NCBI GenBank assembly: GCA_951406725.2
Contig: OX597827.1
Coordinates: 39,556,001-39,620,000 of the forward strand
Direction: 5' to 3'
From: Octopus vulgaris
Taxonomy: Eukaryota
DNA: 64,000 bases
The notes below the pieces were generated by a model. That model ran no database searches, was not told where the DNA came from, and saw nothing but the letters and a program-made list of their open reading frames with translations. This document shows positions 54,296-64,000 of this stretch, one piece after another. Position numbers and translations under genes: made by a program. Within the stretch, counting starts at the first letter, position 1. Every line of letters begins with the position of its first letter.

Positions 54296-55097
54296 GTGTG
54301 TGTGACAATCTGTGTTGTATGAAATATGAGTCATTAGCAATGTTTTGAGTAAGTGTCTAAGACCAATCTTTATACTATGATACTAATTCCCTGTTGTAAA
54401 GAGATCTAAACTAAATTCTTTCATCAAAATATCTTGTCAATATATGTTCCAAACACCAGTTTCAACTTTTTGACACCAACCAGTCTGACACCACCCTTGA
54501 TCCTAAAATACAAACATTATGTTTTAAAAATGTTGTGCTAATTTATGTCTCAAACAACAGATTCATAACGACAAAGTTATTTTACAAAATTCTTCATTCT
54601 TTTCAAAATTAATTGAAACAAGTTTAGTGCATTTCAGCAAAAATACGGCAACAAAGGGTTTGAAGATGTTTCCCCAGGAATGAAACTAGTCTGGCTGATC
54701 TCACTTATTTTGTCCATGAAGATACTGCATATAGCAACTAGGTGTTTATATCTACTTCTACTGTGGTACAGTACAGCAATAATAACGTGGTTTGAAAATA
54801 TTGATAGAACATTCTTCCAAGATGTTTAATCTTCAATATTCCCATGCAGTTACTCCAAGATGTACCCAATTTTTTGAGATTTAAGATGGGAATCTTTTGA
54901 TTAACATAAACTACAAAGCCACAAATTTGGAGTTTAGTGAACAAACAATATGACCTCCAGTACTTAACTGGTACTTAATTTATCAACCACTTCCCTCCTG
55001 AAGGAATGTTTTCCTTATTGACAACAATAAAGTAGAAAAATTAAAAATTAGGAAATAAAAGCAATAAAATACTAATAATCAATATCATCCTAATAGT

Positions 55098-55285
55098 ATG
55101 TTTGGACCAAAGCAGTTTCCCAACATGTTCTGTCTTGGATATTTTTCATTCGGTTCCATTGTTATCCCCAACATTTTCAATTCCATTTCAGCCAATCACC
55201 ACAAGTTGCTCGATGGGTACCCTACCTTCCTATTTTCTCCTTTGGGTTTCAGTCCAAGGACCATCTTGTCAAACATGCCTATGGT
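55098..55285 (-). mobile_element. RTE-like LINE C-terminal remnant
   Basis: Degenerate W.PKGENRKVG.P...AEMELKMLGIT...QDR pattern. Confidence 0.35.
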
Positions 55286-55364
55286 TATCATAATATAAAT
55301 GAGCAAGCATAAAACAAAAAAAAATGGAAAAACAAAAAGCAAAACAAGGAATAAAGTAACTTAC

Positions 55365-58300
55365 TTGGCTGATTGGATGTGACACCCATCCAGTTTGGAC
55401 TTGATACTGAATCCTTAGTAAGACTGTATCCATTATGGGGCACCTGCCGTCCCTCAAGAGACTGTCGCCTTGGTGGGACTTGGGGACTGCAGGGAGGAGA
55501 ATGAAACGACACCTCCCTAGCAAAGCTTACGCTTTTCTTAGAACGCGCCATATCCTTCTCGCTCAGTGATGTGTTACTGGTTTCATTGAGTATCACGTCG
55601 CGTGTTGGATTGGCTGACACGCTGTCGCTTCCACAATCACCCGACGGTAATACCTCCACAGGGGATGATGCTGCAACAGCATCAAAGTCTTTCGGGTAAT
55701 CAATGGGTCCATCAGCACCAGCCATTTGGTCTCGGTCACAGCCGTAAGAATGTCGGTGTGTAGTAGCAGCAGTGTTGTGTTTTTTAATATTGTCAGTCCA
55801 GGGAGCCTTAGCGTAAGGGTCGGATAGGGATCGCTGACGTTTGCGCAGGCAGGATTTCAGGGGCCGTTTGTCAGGACAATAAGTTTCTGCTAAAGTCAAA
55901 CCAGTATTTCGCATGCGAACACACTGGACAGCATCTTCTAGCCCTTCTTGTTTCTCATCAAATACCTGGTTGTCATAGTAACCATCTGTTCCTAACCTAC
56001 AGTCACCATATTCCTCATTTTCTTCTAATTTGCCCTCCAAGGATTTCTCAGGTGAAGTAGGTGTCTTTTCTTCAGCAACACTATACAAAGTTTCTGCTTG
56101 AGCCGAGTTGCCACTTGAGTTTGAGGAAGTACTAGCACTCCATCTCTTCCATGGCTTTTGACGGTTGTGTGCAGGGTGGCTTTCATACTGATACCGTTCA
56201 TAGCGGCGGTCAACTGCTCGCGTCTTTGCTTGGGTCTTCTCCTCGGGCTGGCGTACTATACGCGGGAAGGTTTCAAAACCAGCGCTGTTGTAGACATATC
56301 TGGTATCCAACAACGCTGCACAGCATGGCAGTCTGGGAAAGCTTCCAAAGCTGCCATACCAATAGTCAAAGCAACCAGGATCAATTCCTGAAGATGTAGA
56401 ACTAGTGCTAAATCCACTACTACTTGAGTGCCAATCAGCTCCACGACATGCTCCAATTGGTCGAAACATGCCTGAACGTCGGCTACAGAAAGGCCCTGAT
56501 ATATGCATAGCTTCTGGTCTTTGGAGTTTCTTGAGTTCTTCTAGAGTTTCCTTAAAATTAGTATTTGGAGGTGCATTTGAATTAGTATTTGGTCGGTGTA
56601 TTCTAGGATTAATTAAAACAGGTTTATCAGTGGAGCGCCTCTGAAGTCTTTGCAAAGAAGGACTTGGAAGGGTAATAAAACTTAAGTCTGGCAAAGACCT
56701 GTGTGAATAAAATACTTCACGTGCTATTCTGGTGGACATGTGAAAAGCTTCTCTGGTTTTCGTTCTTTCAGATTTTGCCATCATGTGGCAATGACACTTT
56801 GGTATATCATAGCTTCCTTCAGAGGTTTGTTTACAGTTTCTCCTCAAACCTGATGCCATGGAGCGTTCATCTTCGAAAGACGTTTGGACTCCACAGTCTC
56901 TTGTAAGAGGTGGAAACTGGGCAGAAAAGTTCTTGGTTCCCAACCATACATTGACAGATTGAGGAGAGATAGCCGTTGCTTGGGTACGTTTTCGGTTCAG
57001 GGGCACCTGACAACAAGCTGATCTCAATTCAAAAGAACTGAACCCTTCTCTACAATCAATGCAGTCTTTAACATCCTGAGCAGAATTGATGTGGTGGTGA
57101 TGATGATGGTCAAGATGGGATGAATTCTCCCAACCTGTCTGTTCACACTGTATAGCCAGATGAATACCATCTGCACCTTTCATATCATTGATGTACAATT
57201 TATCATCACTGTTCACAGACCATTGACCACTACCAGGTCGACTAGATGTGCTACTATTTAAAGACCACCCAGGTATATGGATATCTGGAGACGATGCTTT
57301 TCCCATTGCTTTCATACGTTGGTATAGCTCCACTAATGTTGCTGAGTAACGCTTATTCTCAGCTTTCTCATCGTCCTCTTCTTCTTCTTCTTCTTCTTCT
57401 TCTTCTTCTTTGCTACTTTCTAACCCTTTTTTCTTCTCAGCAGCAACTTTCTGCCATGTCCGAAGACACAAGTCTGGCATACTGCAACTTTTGCCACCAC
57501 TGTTTTGATTAGAAAGTTGTTTCCCTTTACGATACATTGTCTTGATTTGCTTCCATGAAACCATGGTTTTGGGGCGAGAGTGCGAGCCAACTTTATTTTT
57601 GAGGGAACTAAATGTTTGCATGCTGCACCCATTTCTTGGCAAGCTGTGCGATATTATACGGCCTTGGCCACTACATTCTGACATCCCCGAAGAAGTAGAC
57701 TCGTTTTCAGCCTCCTGATTGGTTTCAGGTAGTGATGTAAGTTGCCCAACGAAGCGTGTCTTTGCTGTAGTGTCTGATCGTAGAAGTCTTAATAAAGGTG
57801 GACATTTTGCTGATACTTCTCCATCTCGGCAGTAGTGGAAGCTGTTTGCAAAAACATCTTCCGCTCCTTCCCCAGAAGAGGTACAGTAGTGATGAACACC
57901 ACTCTCATTATCATCAGACTCGTGTGTTCTCAAAGGCGTTAATGAAATTTCTGCTTCTGAACTGCTCGTCTTGCTCTGCGACCCAACAAATGATAAGCAG
58001 TAATTTTCTTTGCGAGGGTAGCAGTCTATCACCAGCTTGCCATCAACTGACTGGTTAGGATCCATTGACGATTTACTAATTTGAAGGTCACCGGGCTTGT
58101 GCCCGTGGTCCAGACTGTCGTTAAGAAGATGACAAGGAGGTGCCTCGCTGGTTGGTGTTGGGGTGAACAATGGATCACTACTAAGTTCTAACATTTCACT
58201 GGAGCACATCATGTCTCGCTCACTAGTTGAAATTTCCATTGAATTTTGGTTATCAGAAAACTCCAATTCGCATTGATCCTCGAAGGGCGCGGGGGTTGCG

Positions 58301-59043
58301 TCAGAGGAGGATTTTAACGATTCGAAGCTCAGATAACTACCATTCAGCATTTGAGGCAAAATAAACATCTCATCTCTTCCTATATCATCAAGATTAATCT
58401 GTGGATTACTTAGATTTGGTTCAAACTGAACAGAGAAATCCTCATCATAAAAATACTCTAATGCGTCTTCCGGTGACTCATTACTTGTGCTTCCTGAACT
58501 TGTTTTCATTGGTTTCTGCTGTGTTGCCATTATGTATGAGTTGCAGAGTTCTGTTGTACCTTTGATTTTGTGATTTACTTCATTTGATGAATATCCACTA
58601 TCTGGCTCATAGTCAATGGGAGGTGACAGCTTTGTTGGAGATAGTTGTTTCCAAGTGACCAGCTGATTCTTATTCACTTCACTGTCTTCCCCCCATATTA
58701 CACCACTGGCTGGGTTCTCCTCACCTGACGAACCACCACTACTACTACTACTGTGTGGAGAGAGATTTTTTTGTTTGGTTGGCGACAGATCTTTCCAGGT
58801 CAGCTTGCTGGGTACATTTGCGGCTGGTTCGGCACACACACCAGTTGACTTTTTTGTGCCGACAATGGAGTTATTCATCTCGGAATCTAGGAAGTTAGAA
58901 CCAGAAGTAAGAGCTTGTTTGTTTCCATGGTGATCGACAACATCAGGCATGGTGTTGGTTTGATTTTGATACATCTCATGGAAGTTCAGGCTAAAGCCCA
59001 TATTGTTCCCTTCTTTAGCTGGAGATAGAATCCTCCATGGCTT
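55365..59043 (-). CDS. RUSC/iporin-like gene, very large coding exon (Ser-rich, largely disordered N-terminal region)
   Basis: Lies within the 1253-aa ORF 55288..59049. Acceptor ttttctctttgcag|AAG at 59043 and donor CCA A|gtaagt at 55365 (phase 1), matching the phase of the exon at 18204. Contains poly-E and poly-H runs. Confidence 0.85.
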
Positions 59044-59383
59044 CTGCAAAGAGAAAAAGAAAAAGAGAAATAAGAATTAGTCTTTTAATAGAAAATATGA
59101 TGACATTTATAAAATAAATGCATATATATGCAAACAGGTTCAATCACACACACATATATAAGCAACCATCATGTTGATAAATATCTACATACATATCACT
59201 GCCTCTGCTAACAGCCATATATACCAATACCACAAACCAATCTGAATAGTGTAACTAGGATCACATTATCTAATGTATCTCCTTCTTTTAAGACAAAAAT
59301 ATGTGAAAAGGTGGGAAATTTGGGGAATGTGGCTGCTATTTTTAGCAGAGTGAGTGATAAAAAATTGAAAAAAACTGGTAGCT

Positions 59384-59592
59384 CAGTGGTTCTCAACTGG
59401 GATCGATATAAGACCTTGTTAAAATTTATGTGCAATAAATTGGTTATACTTCTAAATTACACAAAATATTTTAAGTTTATAATACAATTCCTAATAATAT
59501 TTAATCATAAAAATACAGTAGGGTGTTTTTATATGCATTGAATGGCTATGGAGGTCCAAGAGAGTAAAAGAGGATTTGGTTGAGAACCACAG
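59384..59592. mobile_element. hAT-type MITE
   Basis: TIRs cagtggttctcaac / gttgagaaccacag; same family as 26635-26875, with decayed copies at ~61004-61220 and ~41900-42070. Confidence 0.7.
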
Positions 59593-60399
59593 AAGTAGAT
59601 TGTAATAATGTCTTTGATCATAAGTATTCAGGATCAGATTTTACTTGGAGCAAAACACAACTATTCATTCATTACAGTATCAACAACAGACCAGCAGTGG
59701 GGGCTTCTGTATGATCCTGTGAGAAATAATAGTCAAATTTCTGTTTAATAACAACTTTCAAATAATCAAAGGATGTATTAATGTAGTTCTCCTTATTTGT
59801 AAAAAGATGAGGTGTCATGGCAGGAATGCTTTTGATCATAGGCTTGGTAGATGTTAGCATTGACTTGGGGTTAAATGATGATGATACTACATAAAATACC
59901 ATTTCAAAAAAACCAACTCATATTTGAGCACAAAAAGTTGAGCAACATCTGAACTAGTTTGAATTTCGGTGCATGACTGTAAGCGTCTTTAATGAGTTGA
60001 CAAGAGAGCCTTTATGTGGTTGCATGACCAACTAGAAATAGCAGCCAAGCCACCCTTTAATTGCATCTGACCAAGTTAAATAAGGAAAAGACACATTAGC
60101 AATGTAATCTTGCATAACTCTACAAAGAATAGTTTTTCACAGCTGGAATATCTTTAGTCATAGGTCTATTGGGTCAGAGTTGACTTGGTGTTAAACAGCA
60201 AACAACAACAACACCAACTACAACAACATACCAACCAAGGCTAGTAACAAAAGACAATGAATAAAGCAAGAGCTGTTTTCACATGTTTACCTAACAAGCA
60301 TAAACATTTTATCTTCATTAAAAGATAAGCTATCAAACTAGTAAACTGCTGTACCATATCAAACCCCCATTACCACCATGTCACCATCATCATCATCAA

Positions 60400-60443
<44 letters not shown>

Positions 60444-60903
60444 TACATACATATACACACACACATTTATATATATATATATATATATACATACACATAT
60501 ACAAACACATACATACATATTTATATATGCATATCATTTTACTTTACATAAGCACATACTGACATATGACAACAATAAACACACACAAATATCACGTACA
60601 CAAACAAATGGTTCATCTTGTTTATTTTTTGAAGTGAGACTTAATATATATGGATATATGTACATCCATCTATCCGTATATATTCATTTATTTATTTAAC
60701 TATTTATTTATTTATCTATCCATTTATTTATTCATAACCCCCTGCTGTATTTGGTAGTCAAGTAATTACTGTCAGGCAATCAACCTTCTATCACTTCGTA
60801 AATTAGCTTGCACCAAGGCATTTCTTGTTTACATTTTAATAATTAGCCTTCAGTTACTAACATGGGCAGTTTGGGAAGGAAGAGGTGAGCTGCTCCTCTG
60901 TGT

Positions 60904-60965
<62 letters not shown>

Positions 60966-63479
60966 GGCAGTTGGCCATATTGGCATAAGACTGTAGTGTT
61001 AGCTCAGAGGTTCTCAACCAGGGTCCATATAAGAATTTGGTTAAAGTTTTTGACCAATAAATTGGTTACATATCTACAATGCAGAAAAATATTCAAACAA
61101 TTTTTTATACAATTTCTAATAATATTTAATTATAAATGTATATTAGGATTTTTTTTAACATAAGAGTCCAATAAAGTAAAATGACTATCAAAGGAGTCCA
61201 TAGGCAAAAAATGATTCAGAAAAAAATGAACTCAAATAAAATAAAATGGTGGTGGTGGTGGTAGTGAGGGATGTAGTTTGGTGAATGACTGGATGTCTGA
61301 TAGATATTTGATGCAGTATGATAAATGGCCAGGTTTACAAAAGGAAGGTGATTATAGAAAGTAGGATTGGACGACCAGCTTTGAGATAGAAAGAGAGTGT
61401 AGTCTGATGGATGGCAATATCTATGGTAGAGAAAGAAGTGCAAGAGTATGTAGGCTGAACAAACAGAACGAATCATGAATCAGAATTTTGGAGTGATTCA
61501 TATGCCCAATACATTAAATGCATCATAGCTCAGTCTGGTTTCTATCAGACAAGCGATTGATGTATTGCTATTTTACGTTTTATTTGTTTCAGTCATTAGA
61601 CTGTGGCCATGCTGGGGCATCACCTTGAGTTTTTAGCCAAATGAATTGACTCCAGTACTTTTTTTTAAGCCTGGTACCTATTCTATTGGTCTTTATTTTG
61701 CCAGAACAGTAAGTTACGTGGGATGTAAACACACCAACACTAGTTTTCAAGTGGTAGTGAGAGTCAAACAAAGACACACACAAGCACACACACACACAAG
61801 CTTCCTTCAGTTTCCATCTACCAAATTTATTCTCAAGGCTTTGGGCAACCTGCAGTTGTAGTAGAAGACACTTGTTAAAGGTACCATGCAGTGGGACTGA
61901 ACCCTGAACTATGTGGCTAGGAAGCAAACTTCATACCATATAGCCACACCTGCACCTATATGCATATAGCTGTTTTTCACAACATGTCTATAGTCCACAT
62001 TCTGCTAATTAGTAGTAATAGTTAAATTAGTGTTAACATATTTACTGAAGATAGCATCAAAAGGTTGACTGGAGATAATTATGTGTTTAGTGAACAAAAA
62101 ATATTTGTGAAATATTTTCATTCTTTTTGTTAAATACAGGAGATAACTCTTACCATGTTTTGGTCTTATTTTGACCATCTTCAGTGAAATATAAATTTCA
62201 CTCTACTTGTTGAAATAGTTATGAAAGAATCACTAAGTAGGCATAAAAAACTATCAACGTTTAGAGAATAAATCAACTCAGTGTACTTTATTTTGTATAG
62301 TTTCTACATTCTCTCCCTCTCTCTCTCATGATAGGCTGCCTACAACCTATCTATGTCTATAGACTGCCTACAACCTTGCTATGTCTACTGTCTACCTACA
62401 TTCTATCTAGAACTTACTAGCACTAATAGAGTACGACCTATCTATATTATAGCATACCTATCAATCTGCCCTTCAATCCATCTATCAGTCTCTCCATACC
62501 TCCCTATTTCTGTTCATCCATCAATCTGTCCATTCATCCATCCAACACTATCTGTCTGTCTCTGTGACATTCACTATCTATCTAACACTATCAATTAATT
62601 CCACCTGTCTATCTAACACTCCTTGCCTCTCTCCCTCACACATACACACAGAGTCTATCTCTCTATCTAGCACAATCAGTCTATTTCTTTATCTGACACA
62701 ATCAGAATGTCTTTGTATGTACAGCAGTCTATCTATCTAATCTAAACATCTACAAAGATCTCTAGCTATCTGTAGCACAGTAGCTGCCAAACTGAATTCA
62801 AGATGAATCATCTCACCAAAAGAGATGTTTGTCACAGCAGGAAACAATCATTACAAAACAACAAACACAGACTCTTGAACATATTCATCAAGTTGCATAT
62901 TAATGGCTGCTGTTGAAGAGGAAACTATTTGGCAATGGCCACGTCAACTATGCAAATGCTTTTCTAAGATAAAAATGTTGTAACTAGATTACATTACTGC
63001 TACTGCCATTGTTGTTGTTATTATTGTTATTATTATTATCATCATTATAATTTATTTATCATTATGTTGCAGCTCAGAGTAGTTGCAAAATTAATGAGCT
63101 GTTGGATAAAATACCTTTACATAATTTAGCTGGGTTTTTGGGGGTTTTTTTTCTTAATCTTATGTTCACAGTACAAATTCTAGGGTGGTCAATGGCCAAA
63201 TTCATATTTCCAAGGTAGGAAAAAATAAGAAGTTCAAGACAAATACTTAGGTTGATTTGATTGACTATACCCTTCACCCAAAATTTATTGTCTTGCGTCA
63301 AAGTTAGAAGCTGAAATACATCATACACGATAACAGTAACCTCCAGCATCACTAGAATATCTGGCAAAATATTCAAAGGTGACTATACACTTGTTCCATA
63401 TTGTGTCCTAAGCTTATAGCTCTATAATAACTAATAAATAGATCCAATTAAGAAAACTATATGAGAGGAGCTGAAAGAG

Positions 63480-63860
63480 AGGAGCTGGTTCATTATTATC
63501 TTCTCTTCGTGGATGCAAAAAATCATCAGCTTGGGGGTCAATAAACTGAACAAGGACATTCTGGACTGGATAAATGCAAGAAGGTGTTGATTCAGGTCAG
63601 ATAAGCAAACCAAGCAGACGATTTGGAACTCCACCAAAATGGGAGATAATACAAGAGTTGGGCAATTTCAAGTTCTACAGATACTTGGGTATGGGTGAAA
63701 GTAAAATTGTGTAAAAGCTGTGTGAAGAAGAATGAAAAATGAATATTTTGATGGAAGAAAAAAAAATCTAGAAATTCATTTCAGTAACAACAATATCTGT
63801 GTCATTAACAGGAGTGCCAGCTATAACTTATAGCTCTGCAGTACTGAAGAAGAATATAAC
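63480..63860 (+). mobile_element. R4/Dong-like LINE reverse transcriptase remnant
   Basis: Degenerate LLFVD, GLDKC, FYRYLG and VPAITYS motifs in the expected order. Confidence 0.55.
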
Positions 63861-64000
63861 AGATCTAGATTCAGGAAATCATTAAAATGGGAGATCTATA
63901 GAAAAATACTATATGTAGCTGTGTGGTAAGAAGTTAGCTTCCCAACCACATGGTTCTGAGTTCAGTCCCACTGTATGGAACCTTGGGTAAGTGTTTTCTA

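Overview
AT-rich, microsatellite- and SINE-dense eukaryotic DNA. The repeat families (tRNA-headed SINEs, RTE/CR1/R4-type LINE debris, mariners, Helitrons) look like octopus/cephalopod genomic DNA, which is an inference. One spliced gene runs on the minus strand. It encodes a RUSC/iporin-like RUN-domain protein, with seven phase-compatible GT-AG exons from 59043 down to 8639, including a 3.7-kb low-complexity exon and a 37-kb intron. Its first exon and the SH3 exon typical of this family were not found. Most short ORFs in the track are microsatellite read-throughs. The standout structure is at 33275-37034: two ~1.8-kb composite Helitrons (5' end of one family, captured SINE tail and mariner transposase fragment, complete second Helitron), inserted head-to-head into one minisatellite. 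Other notable items are several Penelope-type minimal hammerhead-ribozyme motifs (one in a foldback element), a full-length decayed mariner, hAT/piggyBac/Helentron-type MITEs, a perfect 92-bp palindrome, tandem SINE arrays, and PP1-docking-like motifs in the large exon.
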